Positions 1 to 9,677 of a stretch of 35,967 nucleotides of DNA are shown in pieces (position 1 is the first letter of the stretch; every line of letters starts with the position of its first letter). The stretch is from positions 1-35,967 of the forward strand of contig DASZXM010000445.1 in NCBI GenBank assembly GCA_035546415.1, read 5' to 3'. Source of the DNA: Pseudonocardiaceae bacterium. GTDB lineage: Bacteria > Actinomycetota > Actinomycetes > Mycobacteriales > Pseudonocardiaceae. The translations under genes were made by a program, and so were the position numbers. The notes under the pieces were generated by a model. It saw nothing but the letters and a program-made list of their open reading frames with translations. It was not told where the DNA came from and searched no databases.

Positions 1-1
1 C

Positions 2-664
2 GTGAAGTATCCCGGTGTGGTGGACTTCTTCCGGATTCCCAAGCTGGGCGCGGCTTTCTACCAGTCCCAAGTGGACCCCGCGACACGGGTGGTGATCGCG
101 CCCGCGTTCTACTGGGACTTCACCCGGCAGGCGCCGGGCAGGGCGGAGATGATCTGGTCGAACTGCGACCGACTGGAGGTGTTCGTCGGCGGCCGGCACC
201 GCGCCACGCTGCACCCACAGCGGCAGCGGTTCCCGCACCTGGCCTACCCGCCGTTCGTCGCCGACCTCGCCGTCCGCAGGGGCACCAGTCCGGAGTTGCG
301 GATCGACGGCTATGTCGCCGGGAAGCGGGCCGCCAGCAGGCGGTTCAGCGCGGACACCGCGATGGACCGGCTGTCCTGTGCGGCCGACGACGCCGTCCTG
401 ATCGCGGATGGCGCGGACATGACGCGGGTCGCGGTGCGCGCGGTGGACCGCTACGGCGCACCGCGCCCCTACGTGACCGGCCCGGTGTCGTTCGAGATCG
501 GCGGGCCAGGGATGCTGGTCGGCGACAACCCGTTCGACTTCACAGCGGCCGGCGGTGCCGGGGCGGTGTGGCTACGCACCCTGAAGGGCCAGGCCGGCAC
601 CGTCACCGTGTACGCGACGCACCCGACCCTGGGCACCGACGAGGCCGTGGTGACCGTTCGGTGA
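2..664 (+). CDS. Glycoside hydrolase (GH2 beta-galactosidase-like) C-terminal fragment, 5' truncated by window edge
   Basis: Frame is open from base 2 and stops with TGA at 662-664. The 220-aa tail (VVDFFRIPKLGAAFYQSQ..., beta-sandwich-like end) resembles C-terminal domains of GH2-type glycosidases. Family call is by eye only. Confidence 0.5.
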   Translation: MKYPGVVDFFRIPKLGAAFYQSQVDPATRVVIAPAFYWDFTRQAPGRAEMIWSNCDRLEVFVGGRHRATLHPQRQRFPHLAYPPFVADLAVRRGTSPELRIDGYVAGKRAASRRFSADTAMDRLSCAADDAVLIADGADMTRVAVRAVDRYGAPRPYVTGPVSFEIGGPGMLVGDNPFDFTAAGGAGAVWLRTLKGQAGTVTVYATHPTLGTDEAVVTVR

Positions 665-1645
665 TCAGCGCTGACCGCGCGGCACGTGCGGCATGATCGC
701 GTCCGGCGGCACGACGCCCAGCCGGCCGGACTGGTAGTCCTCCAGCGCCTGCACGAGTTCCTCGCGGGAGTTCATCACGAACGGGCCGTAGTGCGCCATC
801 GGCTCCCGGATCGGCCGCCCGCCCAGGAGGATGACCTCCAGCGAGCTGGTCCGGCTGTCCTGCTTGGCGTCCGCCGTGATGGTCAGCCGGTCGCCGTTGC
901 CGAACACGGCCAGCTGGCCGGCGTGGATCGGCTCGGCCTTCGGGCCGACGGTGCCGCTGCCCGCCATGACGTAGGCCAGCGCGTTGTACTCCGGCTGCCA
1001 GGGCAGGGACAACTGGGCGCCTGCGGCGACGGACGCGTGCAGCAGGGTGATCGGGGTGAACGTCGAACCGGGGCCGACGTGGCCGTCGACGTCGCCCGCG
1101 ATGACCCGCAGCAGCGTGCCGGCGTCCGCGCTGGCCAGCAGCAGGACCTGGCTGGCCTCCAGCGGCTGGTACTTGGGTGCCAGGAACTTGTCCTTGGCCG
1201 GCAGGTTCACCCACAGTTGGAAGCCGTGGAACAGGCCGCCCTTCTCGACCAGGTCCTCCGGCGGCGTCTCGATGTGCAGCAGGCCGCTGCCGGCCGTCAT
1301 CCACTGCGTGGCGCCCTCGGTGATGACGCCGCCGCCACCGTGGCTGTCCTGGTGGACGAACTGGCCCTCGACCAGGTAGGTGACCGTTTCGAAGCCGCGG
1401 TGCGGGTGCCAGTTGGTGCCCTTGGGCTCGCCGGCCTCGTAGTCCACCTCCCCCATGTGGTCCATCATGATGAACGGGTCGAGGTACTCGTACCGGATGC
1501 CGGCCATCGTCCGCCGGACCGGGAAGCCTTCGCCCTCGAACCCGGACGGCGCCGTGGAGATCGCCAGGACGGGGCGTTCGGTGTCGCCCAGGCCGGCGGC
1601 GCTCACCCGGGGCAGGGTCAACGTGTCCGCGCTGACTGCGGCCAT
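665..1645 (-). CDS. Pirin family (bicupin) protein
   Basis: Cupin metal motif HPHRGFETVTYLVEG, then GATQWMTAGSGLLHIE and FHGFQLWVNLP. ATG at 1645 lies about 10 nt downstream of GAGGAGG. The ORF-track GTG at 1654 sits too close to that RBS. Confidence 0.85.
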   Translation of the reverse strand: MAAVSADTLTLPRVSAAGLGDTERPVLAISTAPSGFEGEGFPVRRTMAGIRYEYLDPFIMMDHMGEVDYEAGEPKGTNWHPHRGFETVTYLVEGQFVHQDSHGGGGVITEGATQWMTAGSGLLHIETPPEDLVEKGGLFHGFQLWVNLPAKDKFLAPKYQPLEASQVLLLASADAGTLLRVIAGDVDGHVGPGSTFTPITLLHASVAAGAQLSLPWQPEYNALAYVMAGSGTVGPKAEPIHAGQLAVFGNGDRLTITADAKQDSRTSSLEVILLGGRPIREPMAHYGPFVMNSREELVQALEDYQSGRLGVVPPDAIMPHVPRGQR

Positions 1646-1728
1646 GGCCCTCACACCTCCTCGTAGGTGGTTGCGTGTTCAACTACCTCTGGTGAACGAG
1701 GATACCCGCGCGGCTATTCCGGCGACAG

Positions 1729-2469
1729 TCAGGCGGTCGCCAGGTGGTCCCGGAAGAACGCCAACACCGTGTCCACGCCCTCCCGCTGCCGGTGCTCGGT
1801 CAACGTGGAGTGCTGCTTGCCGGGGAACTCGACGGCGATGAACTTGTCCCCCAGTTCCCTGCGCAGCGTGTCGAACCGCGTGCCCACGGCCGGGTCGTCA
1901 CGGAACCGCAGGCCCAGCACCTCGCAGCCGCCCTCGGCCTTCGCCTTGACCGACGCCAGGTCGGCCGGTGACAGGTTCAGGTCGGCGCGGTGCGCGGCGG
2001 ACACCGTGAACGGCGTGGACGGCTGGGCGAGCACGGGTGCGACCACCGGCGCGTCGGCCATCATCGCCAGTGCGAAGCCGCCGGTGAAGCACATGCCCAG
2101 CGCACCGACGCCCGGTCCGCCCAGTTCCTCGTGCAGCGACCGGGCCAGCGCCCGCAGCCAGTCCGCGATCGGCGCCGTGCGGCGCAGGCCCAGCTTGGTG
2201 AACTCGCTGCGCACGCACAACCGACCCAGCGTGGCGAACATGTAACGGCCCGACGTCGGCCGGCCGGGCGTGCCGAACAGGCTGGGGAGCACGACGGTGA
2301 ACCCGGCATCGACCACCTCCTGCGCGAACGCGAGCACCTTCGGCGTGATGCCCGGGATCTCGTGCACGACGATCACACCCGGGCCGTTACCCTTGCGGTA
2401 CACCGGAAATGTCCGTGTTCCATCGCTGAAGTCCGACAGTGCCCACGAGTCCAGCTCAGCCATCGGCAT
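1729..2469 (-). CDS. Dienelactone hydrolase family protein
   Basis: GVIVVHEIPGITP..., nucleophile region GALGMCFTGGFA, overall DLH-like layout. The second ATG at 2463 has better spacing to AGGAG and may be the true start. Confidence 0.85.
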   Translation of the reverse strand: MPMAELDSWALSDFSDGTRTFPVYRKGNGPGVIVVHEIPGITPKVLAFAQEVVDAGFTVVLPSLFGTPGRPTSGRYMFATLGRLCVRSEFTKLGLRRTAPIADWLRALARSLHEELGGPGVGALGMCFTGGFALAMMADAPVVAPVLAQPSTPFTVSAAHRADLNLSPADLASVKAKAEGGCEVLGLRFRDDPAVGTRFDTLRRELGDKFIAVEFPGKQHSTLTEHRQREGVDTVLAFFRDHLATA

Positions 2470-2784
2470 GCTCCTGTTCGCTCGATCGGTCCCCAGATCC
2501 TCGCAGGCTCGCGTGCCGCGATCGGCTACCGGTGGGCGTGGCCGGGTTCCTGCTCACGGCGGTCCTGCTGTGGCTGTCACCCTTCCGTCGGCGAGCACAA
2601 TCGGCAGGCAGGCGAACGGCGGCAGCAGCTGTGCGGTGACGACGGCCGGACAGCCGCCAGCCTGCGCTCGGCCAGGTCCGACAGCGCCCACAACTGCCGG
2701 AATCCGTGCTGATCCCGCAGTCTCGTCACGCGTTCAGCATTCCGTAACGCGAAAGGGCGCTGACCGGCAGGTACAAAGGAAAGG

Positions 2785-3882
2785 ATGGTCGCGCGCGGCA
2801 GGGCGATGAGCAGATGGGCGCTGGTGGCAGCAGCTGCCGCGGTGGCCTGCGCCGTGCCGGCGGTCGTCGCCGGTCTGCCGGCCGGGGGCGCGCACGTCAC
2901 CGTCGGGCGGATCCTCGCGTCCACGTCACAGCCCTACAGCGGGTACGTGCGGACGCAGGCCGAACTGGGGCTGCCCAGCCTGCCCGAACTCAGCGACGTG
3001 ACGTCCCTGCTCAGCGGCATCACGGACATCCGCGCGTGGTACCGATCGCCGACGTCCAACCGGGTCGACGTGATCGACACCGTCGGTGAGCGGGACGTCT
3101 ACCAGACCCCGTCGGGCACCTACACCTGGGACTACGGCCGTGACCAGCTCACCGAGATCACCGGCACCGAACCGGTGCGTCTGCCGCGCGCCGGTGACCT
3201 GCTGCCGCCGGACCTGGCGCGCCGGATCCTGGACATGGACTCGGTCGACGGTGTCGTGACACTGCCGGCGCGGCGAGTGGCCGGGATCGACGCGGCCGGG
3301 CTGCGGCTGCGCCCGAGGGATCCAGCCACGACGGTCGGGCAGGTGGACATCTGGGCCGACCCGGCGACCGGCCTGCCGTTGCAGGTGGAGATCACGGCAC
3401 GCGGCAGCACGCGGCCGATCCTGGTGAGCCAGTTCGTCGACGTCTCACTCGGCTCACCGGCCGCCGCGGACGTCGACCCGCCCGCGCAGCCCGTCGGCCG
3501 GGCCGCGGCACCGGACGTCCTCGGGGCGATCGGCACGTTCGGGCGGTTCCGGCTGCCGGCCAGCTTGGCCGGGTACGCGTTGCAGCCCCAGTTGTCCGGA
3601 TTGCCTGACGTCGGCCGGTACGGGGCGGGACTGGCGACGTTCGTGGTGCTGCCGCTGCCCAGGAACGTCGGCCTCTCGGCCATCGACACGGCGACGAAGG
3701 CAGGCGGCACGGCGTTGACCGAGCCGCGCGGACGGGCGGTGGTGATCGGGATTCCGCTGTTGACGGTCATGATCGAACAGGTCGGCTACCGGCGGATGTA
3801 CCTGCTGGCCGGCTTCGTGGACGACTCGGTGCTGGCGAGAGCGGCGACGGCACTGTCGACGCGGCACAGGCCGCTGCGATGA
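2785..3882 (+). CDS. Secreted or membrane-anchored LolA/RseB-like fold protein (uncertain), first gene of an ABC operon
   Basis: N-terminal signal/anchor (WALVAAAAAVACAVPAVVAG). Its stop overlaps the ABC ATPase start (ATGA at 3879-3882). This gene order is common in actinobacteria; the fold assignment is by recollection only. Confidence 0.55.
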   Translation: MVARGRAMSRWALVAAAAAVACAVPAVVAGLPAGGAHVTVGRILASTSQPYSGYVRTQAELGLPSLPELSDVTSLLSGITDIRAWYRSPTSNRVDVIDTVGERDVYQTPSGTYTWDYGRDQLTEITGTEPVRLPRAGDLLPPDLARRILDMDSVDGVVTLPARRVAGIDAAGLRLRPRDPATTVGQVDIWADPATGLPLQVEITARGSTRPILVSQFVDVSLGSPAAADVDPPAQPVGRAAAPDVLGAIGTFGRFRLPASLAGYALQPQLSGLPDVGRYGAGLATFVVLPLPRNVGLSAIDTATKAGGTALTEPRGRAVVIGIPLLTVMIEQVGYRRMYLLAGFVDDSVLARAATALSTRHRPLR

Positions 3883-5030
3883 TCACGACACGGGCGTTGA
3901 CGAAACGGTTCGGCCCGACGGTCGCCGTGAACGAGGTCGACCTGGTGGTGCGCGAGGGTGACCGGTACGGCTTCCTCGGCCCGAACGGCTCGGGCAAGAC
4001 GACGCTGGTCCGGATGCTGCTGGGTCTGGTGTACCCGACGAGCGGCGAGATCGAGCTGATGGGCCGGCCGGTGCCCAAGCGGGTGCGCGACGTGCTGCCG
4101 GAGATCGGCGCGATGGTCGAAGGCCCGGCGGCGGTGCCGTACCTGTCCGGCCGGATGAACCTGTCGATCATCGACGCGGCGGGCCCGCGCGTCGGACGGC
4201 GGCGCGCCCGGATCGAGGAGGCACTGGAACGGGTCGGCCTGGCCGGCATCGACCGCAGGCCGGTGCGCACGTACTCGCTGGGCATGCGGCAACGGCTGGG
4301 CCTGGCGGCCGCACTGCTGCGCCACCCCAGGCTGCTGGTCCTCGACGAGCCGACGAACGGCCTGGACCCGCGTGGCATCAAGGAGGTCCGCGACCTGCTG
4401 CTGGACCTGAACCGCAATGGGACGACGGTATTCATGTCCAGCCACCTGCTGTCCGAAGTGGACTCGCTGTGCGACCGGGTGGGTGTGGTGGACCGCGGCC
4501 GGCTGGTGCTGCAGGAGGACCTGGCGGTGGTGCGCGAACCGACCGGCCGCGTGCTGGTGGACACACTCGACCCGGCGGACGCGGTGCGGCTGCTGGACGG
4601 CCAGGTCGAGTTTCGCGAGGGCAACCGGTTGGTCGTGCGATCAGGCGACCCGGCGGCGCTGAACAGCCACCTGGTCGCGGGCGGAGTGCGGGTCCGCGAG
4701 ATCGCGCCGCAACGCCGCACGCTGGAACAGGTCGTCTTCGAGGTGACCGGCGAGGGCAGCGACAGAGTGCCAGCCAGCACCCGACACACGCCGAACGCGC
4801 CGGCCGTCATCGCTGAACACGCCCCGCCGGGCCGCGACCGCGAGGCTGCGCCGCCCGCCAACCCCACAGACAGGAGCGGCGCATGGCGCGGGGCCGGCGC
4901 CGGAACCAGCGCCGGAACCAGCGAAGACCGGGGGGCCAGCGACGGCGCGGGAGCTGACAGCGCGGGAGCCGGCGACGACGCTGGGGGCAGCGAAGGCCCG
5001 GGGGCCGGCGAGGGTGGCGGTGTCGGGTGA
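3879..5030 (+). CDS. ABC transporter ATP-binding protein with a low-complexity Ala/Gly/Asp C-terminal tail
   Basis: Walker A GPNGSGKTT, signature YSLGMRQRL, Walker B LLVLDEPTNGLD, H-loop SSHLL. The typical C-terminus LEQVVFEVTGEG is followed by about 85 disordered residues. Confidence 0.9.
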   Translation: MITTRALTKRFGPTVAVNEVDLVVREGDRYGFLGPNGSGKTTLVRMLLGLVYPTSGEIELMGRPVPKRVRDVLPEIGAMVEGPAAVPYLSGRMNLSIIDAAGPRVGRRRARIEEALERVGLAGIDRRPVRTYSLGMRQRLGLAAALLRHPRLLVLDEPTNGLDPRGIKEVRDLLLDLNRNGTTVFMSSHLLSEVDSLCDRVGVVDRGRLVLQEDLAVVREPTGRVLVDTLDPADAVRLLDGQVEFREGNRLVVRSGDPAALNSHLVAGGVRVREIAPQRRTLEQVVFEVTGEGSDRVPASTRHTPNAPAVIAEHAPPGRDREAAPPANPTDRSGAWRGAGAGTSAGTSEDRGASDGAGADSAGAGDDAGGSEGPGAGEGGGVG

Positions 5031-5863
5031 TCCGGGTCGAGTTGCGGACGTTGTTCCTGCGGCCCCGGATGTGGGTCAGTGTGTTGTTGCTGTGTGGGTT
5101 GCCCGCCGTCGTGGGCATCTTTCTGGCGACCACGCACCTCACGCCCCCGCCGGGACAGGGCGCCGCGTTCCTGTCCGCCGTCGAGCGCAACGGCTCGCTC
5201 TTCCCCGCTGCCGCGCTCGCCCTCGACCTGCCGATCTTCCTGCCGGTCGCCGTTGCCATGTTCGCCGGTGACGCCGTTGCCGGCGAGGCCGCTCACGGCA
5301 CGTTGCGCTACCTGTTGATCCGGCCGGTCGGGCGGAGCCGGCTGCTGGTGGCGAAGCTGCTCGGGGTGGCCGTGTTCGTGTCGGTCGCGATCCTGCTCGT
5401 CGTGCTGACGTCCTTCTTCGTCGGGACCGGGTTGTTCGGCACGGGCGCCGGGCAGGCCGCCGCCGTCGGGCAGCCCGGGGGCGTCACGTCGCTGTCCGGG
5501 TCGCCGTTGAGCCCGTTCGACCTCGGGCTGCGGCTGTTCGCCGCGATCGGCTACATCGTCGTGTCGATGCTCGGGGTCGGTGTGATCGCGCTGTTCCTGT
5601 CGACCGTCACCGACTCCGCGCTCGGTGCCGCCCTGGGCACGCTCGCCGTCCTGATCACCAGCGAGGTCCTCACCACGCTGGACGCGGCTGCCGTCGTCAA
5701 GCCGTACCTGCCGACGAACTACTGGCTGGCGTGGATCGACTTCTTCCGGGAACCGATCTTCTGGCACAACATCGACAAGGGCCTGATCGTGCAGGCCGTG
5801 TACCTTGTCGTGTTCCTCGGCGCCTCGTGGGCGAACCTGACCAGCAAGGACATCACCAGCTAG
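5027..5863 (+). CDS. ABC-2 type transporter permease
   Basis: GTGA start/stop overlap with the ATPase. About six hydrophobic segments and a typical MIRVELRTLFLRPRMW N-terminus. Confidence 0.8.
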   Translation: MIRVELRTLFLRPRMWVSVLLLCGLPAVVGIFLATTHLTPPPGQGAAFLSAVERNGSLFPAAALALDLPIFLPVAVAMFAGDAVAGEAAHGTLRYLLIRPVGRSRLLVAKLLGVAVFVSVAILLVVLTSFFVGTGLFGTGAGQAAAVGQPGGVTSLSGSPLSPFDLGLRLFAAIGYIVVSMLGVGVIALFLSTVTDSALGAALGTLAVLITSEVLTTLDAAAVVKPYLPTNYWLAWIDFFREPIFWHNIDKGLIVQAVYLVVFLGASWANLTSKDITS

Positions 5864-6648
5864 CAGGCCGACGGCGCCCGCAGCGCCGGGCCGTCCAGGG
5901 CGGCGAGCACGATGCCGATGACCCGCGGGTCCGCGGGCAACTGCGTGTGCGACACCTGGGCCGACGGGCAGATCTGTTGCAACGGCACGTTGACCGCGCC
6001 GGGCAGCCGTGCCGAGTCGGGTGGTACGACCGTCTGGTCGTCCTCGGTCCACAGCGACAGCCACGGCAGGCCCGCCGGCAGCCGCTGCGCGTCCACGTCG
6101 CGCAGCACGTCGCTGCCGGGCACCAACTGCTGGCACGCCAGCGGACACGCGCCGGGGACGAGCGAACTGCCCGCGGCCGCGATCTGGGTGCCGTGCAGCG
6201 GGGCACCGAGCGTGACCACCCGCCGGGCCCGGTGCTGGCCACCGTCGCGCGCCACCCACAGCCGCGCCACCACGCCACCGGCCGAGTAGCCGACGACATC
6301 CACCGACGGCGCGCCACCGGACAGCGCGTCGTTCACCGCCGAGTCCAGCGCGGCCACCTGGGCCAGCAGGTCACCGGTGCCGTCGCCGGGCAGGGCCACC
6401 ACGTCCGCGGTGCGACCGGCAGTTCGCAAACGACTGGCCAACGCGGCCAGCGACGCCGCACTGCCGCCGTAGCCGGGCACCAGCAGCACCGGCCCCTGCC
6501 GTGACTGCTCCGGCGTCCCGGACGCCTCCTGCGAACCGGAACCGGCCAGCCGCAGCCCGACCAGGCCGGTGATCACCAGGACCACGACGGCGACCAGCGC
6601 GAAGAACACCCGCCGCCGCCGACTGTGACCCGCCCACCACGCGCGCAC
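5860..6648 (-). CDS. Membrane-anchored alpha/beta hydrolase (lipase/esterase-like)
   Basis: N-terminal TM helix (VFFALVAVVVLVITGLVGL), then PGYGGS and the nucleophile elbow GYSAGG (GxSxG). GTG start. Confidence 0.7.
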   Translation of the reverse strand: MRAWWAGHSRRRRVFFALVAVVVLVITGLVGLRLAGSGSQEASGTPEQSRQGPVLLVPGYGGSAASLAALASRLRTAGRTADVVALPGDGTGDLLAQVAALDSAVNDALSGGAPSVDVVGYSAGGVVARLWVARDGGQHRARRVVTLGAPLHGTQIAAAGSSLVPGACPLACQQLVPGSDVLRDVDAQRLPAGLPWLSLWTEDDQTVVPPDSARLPGAVNVPLQQICPSAQVSHTQLPADPRVIGIVLAALDGPALRAPSAC

Positions 6649-6685
6649 ACCCCATCATGACCTGAACCCGGGCCGCCGGTCGGAG

Positions 6686-7666
6686 TTACAGCCAGCCGCT
6701 GCGCACCGCGCGCACCCCGGCCTCGAACCGGCTGCGTGCCTCCAGCCTGGTCATCAGCTCCGACGCCATCCGCCGGACCGTGCGCAACGACACGCCGAGC
6801 TTCCGGCTGGCGACCTCGTCGGTATGGCCGCTGGCCAGCAACCGCAGCAGTTCACGTTCCTGGGGTGTGAGGCCCTGGTTGTCCTTGGGCAGCGTCTCAC
6901 CCCACGGCACGCCGACCGACCACACCTGCTCGAACAGTGCGCACATCACCGCCACCGCGCCCGGGCTGCGGATCTCCAGCGCGCCGCGCCTGCCGTCCTC
7001 CGGGTCCAGCGGCACGAGCGCCACCTTGCGGTCGAACACCACCATCAGCATGGGCAGCGACGGCACCGTGCGGGCCTCGACGCCCAGCGACGTCAGCCAC
7101 TGCACGTGCCGCAGCGTCGCCGGGTCGTTGCGGAAGCTGTCCTGGTAGATGTCGCGGACCACGACGCCGTTCTCGATCATGCGCTGGTTGAGCGGTGCGC
7201 CCGCCTCCATCGCGTCCGGCTTGCGCGCACCGCCGGGCAGGAAGGACAGGCACTCACGTTGTGCCGTGGCCGCCAGTTCGTCCAGCCGCGACCGGACCTC
7301 GTCGACGCCTTCGAGGCGTTCGATCACCTCCGGCGCGTACCCGTGGCCGCTGCCGTACTCCGTGGTCAGTGCGGCGACCGCGGCACGCGTCGCCTCGATC
7401 TGCTGCTGCCGTCTGCCCAGTTCCGCCTCCCTGCGCGCCAGCAGGGACGCGAGCCCGACCTCCGGACTGACCGGTTGCAGCCGGTCGGGGTCGTCGTCCC
7501 TGGGACGCAACAGGTGTAGGTCGGCCAGCGCGTCCAGCGCCGTGCGTACCTCGGACTCTGGCCAGCCGAGGTACTCGGTGATCTCCCCGACCCCCCAGTC
7601 GGGTTGTCCCAGCACGAGCCGGTACACGGCCTCCGCCGACGGATCGAGGCCCAGTAATTCCAGCAT
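6686..7666 (-). CDS. LuxR-family transcriptional regulator with an N-terminal TrmB-like wHTH
   Basis: C-terminal LuxR HTH: LTPQERELLRLLASGHTDEVASRKLGVSLRTVRRMASELMTRL. The N-terminal part is wHTH-like (AEAVYRLVL...GEITEYLGWPESEVRTALDAL). Confidence 0.85.
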   Translation of the reverse strand: MLELLGLDPSAEAVYRLVLGQPDWGVGEITEYLGWPESEVRTALDALADLHLLRPRDDDPDRLQPVSPEVGLASLLARREAELGRRQQQIEATRAAVAALTTEYGSGHGYAPEVIERLEGVDEVRSRLDELAATAQRECLSFLPGGARKPDAMEAGAPLNQRMIENGVVVRDIYQDSFRNDPATLRHVQWLTSLGVEARTVPSLPMLMVVFDRKVALVPLDPEDGRRGALEIRSPGAVAVMCALFEQVWSVGVPWGETLPKDNQGLTPQERELLRLLASGHTDEVASRKLGVSLRTVRRMASELMTRLEARSRFEAGVRAVRSGWL

Positions 7667-8064
7667 TCATGCCCCCTGCGCATCGTTGCCGGAAGGACAT
7701 TCTCGCGCCTCACAATAGAAGGTCGCAAGGATGAATCAGGGCAACTCCCGGACCGAGGGGATATTACCCTGTGGTACCAACGCTTTTCACCATGCCTTCC
7801 GTCATGCGGTTCCATACCATTCGCGTTTCCCGACATCGGCCGATCGGACCAATGAGTATTGCGAGTGAACAATCGGGCACTTTCGGTCACCACCGCCGAT
7901 CATGCCCTGACCTGGCTGTCGGCTGACCCCATGGCGCCCATGACCACGGTAGGTGATCGATTCGCCACGGTACGGGTCGCCGTGTCGGACACGTAAGTGA
8001 TAGCGCCAGCTTAATGGCAAACGTGAAACACACTCGGATAGCGATCGATGCCATACCGGGCCAG

Positions 8065-8100
8065 TTCGGTAACCAAATTCGGTAACCCACTCGGGGTAAC
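8065..8100. repeat. Three direct repeats TTCGGTAACC / TTCGGTAACC / TCGGGGTAAC at 13-bp spacing
   Basis: Read directly at 8065-8074, 8078-8087 and 8091-8100, inside a visibly less GC-rich 680-bp intergenic gap. Confidence 0.6.
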
Positions 8101-8351
8101 GCGCCAAATACATTGAATTTGCGGCACGGACCACTAATGGTCGGTTTCGGTACACCTGGCCGGGACTATCCGGACACCTGCCCCGATCAGGATCAGCGCA
8201 ACATAACGCCCTGCTGGCAAGGATGCCCAGCAGGGCGCTCGTGGGGTCGACCGTGACGCGGCGAGAATGTCAATTCGGGTGCGCGCGGGAGTGCACGCCG
8301 TACGTGCGCACAATCGCGCATTCGGCGGCGAACACCGATCGCCGAAACCCC

Positions 8352-9677
8352 TTATCGACGCACGATATCGCGTGGCTCCAGCTGCCAGGCGGGCTTGCCC
8401 AGCGCCGGCAGCTCCGGCACCACGGCGAACTCGTCCGCGTCCCGGTCGCCCGTTGTCACCTCGAAACGCACTGACGCGGCCAGTTCCCATGCCAGGGCAC
8501 GGGCGGCCGCGGGCGTGCGCCCGCCGACGACGACGGCGCCGACGCGGTCGGTGGCGTCCTCGATCGACACGATCGTGTCGCCCGGCGCCACGGTCAGCTC
8601 GGCGTGCAGCACGGCGGGATCGTCCAGCACCCGCTGCCACCCGTGGACGGCCACCAGCCGGCCCGGCGACGGGTCGAAGAACCGTACGGCCGCCGCACGC
8701 ACCGGCGCCGGCTTCTGCCCGGTGGGCCGTTTGCCGATCGCGTCGGCACACGCCACGCCGAAGAGGTCGACGCCGGGCAGCGCGTGCCCCAGCATCAGGT
8801 GCGTCCAGGAGTCGCCGATCCGCACGTGCACCTCGCCGACGACCACGCCACCCGGGTTGAGCCACAGCTCGACGTGGAAGAAGCCGTACGTCAGCTCCAG
8901 CGTGGCCAGCGCCGCCACCACCTCGTGCTCGATCTCCCGCTGCGTGTCGGCGGGCAGCTCCGCCGGTGCGACGTGGCCCAGTTCGACGAAGTACGGCGAG
9001 GGCAGCTTCTCCTTCACCGTCAACGCCAGCACGTGCGCGACGCCACCGACGAACAGCCCTTCGGCGCTGAACTCCCGTCCGGTGACGAACTCCTCGACCA
9101 GGAACGGCCCCGGCACGGGCAGCGCGGCGACGGCTGACGGCAGGTCGATCGGCCCGCGCACCTTGCTCACGCCCATGCCACCGCCGCCGGTGACGGGCTT
9201 GACCACCCACGGCCCGGACGACTCGGCCAGGAACGCGGCGGCCTCGGCGGCGTCGACGCACACCCGGAAAGCCGGTTGCAGGTGACCGGCGTCGCGCAAC
9301 AGGCCACGGCACGCCGCCTTGTCCCGCACGGCACGCACGGCGTGCGGCGCGTTGCCGGGCACACCCAGTTCGGTGGCCAGTTCGGCGACGGTGACGTCGA
9401 CGCTCTCCCGGACGCCGAGCACGGCGTCCACCCGGGCACCGCGGCGGCGCTGCGCCCTGGCCCAGGCGACTGCGTCGCCCGGAGACTCGACATCCACAAG
9501 GGACAGCTGGTCGGCGGCTGTGGTGACATCCGTCGCGAGACCGACGGACGTGTCGATCAGGTGGGTGCGAAATCCTCGCGCCCGCGCCTGGTTCAGCGTC
9601 GTCACGGCGACGTCGGCGGCCGACGGGTCGGGACCGACGGCGCCGACGAGCAGTAGTACGGGCTGGTCTGTGTTCAT
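8352..9677 (-). CDS. ATP-grasp domain protein, L-amino-acid-ligase-like
   Basis: WVVKPVTGGGGMGVSKV, FLVEEFVTGREFSAEG, YFVELGHVAPA, FFHVELWL. ATG at 9677 is preceded by AGGAG. The longer ORF-track start at 9875 adds a non-coding-looking Pro/Ser/Ala leader. Confidence 0.85.
   Translation of the reverse strand: MNTDQPVLLLVGAVGPDPSAADVAVTTLNQARARGFRTHLIDTSVGLATDVTTAADQLSLVDVESPGDAVAWARAQRRRGARVDAVLGVRESVDVTVAELATELGVPGNAPHAVRAVRDKAACRGLLRDAGHLQPAFRVCVDAAEAAAFLAESSGPWVVKPVTGGGGMGVSKVRGPIDLPSAVAALPVPGPFLVEEFVTGREFSAEGLFVGGVAHVLALTVKEKLPSPYFVELGHVAPAELPADTQREIEHEVVAALATLELTYGFFHVELWLNPGGVVVGEVHVRIGDSWTHLMLGHALPGVDLFGVACADAIGKRPTGQKPAPVRAAAVRFFDPSPGRLVAVHGWQRVLDDPAVLHAELTVAPGDTIVSIEDATDRVGAVVVGGRTPAAARALAWELAASVRFEVTTGDRDADEFAVVPELPALGKPAWQLEPRDIVRR

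Noticed and set aside
3767-6259. 830-aa minus-strand ORF antisense to the ABC ATPase and permease genes
   Set aside because: Extremely Arg/Pro/Gly-rich with no motifs. It lies opposite genes that have clear Walker motifs and TM segments, so it is a typical high-GC shadow frame.
7731-7868. 45-aa plus-strand ORF (MNQGNSRTEGILPCGTNAFHH...) and two shorter ORFs in the GC-poor gap, considered as possible precursor peptides for the ATP-grasp ligase
   Set aside because: Third codon positions are A/T-rich, unlike all supported genes here. The RBS-like AAGG abuts the ATG, and the ORF is on the strand opposite the ligase. There is no Thr/Ser plus Asp/Glu core pattern.
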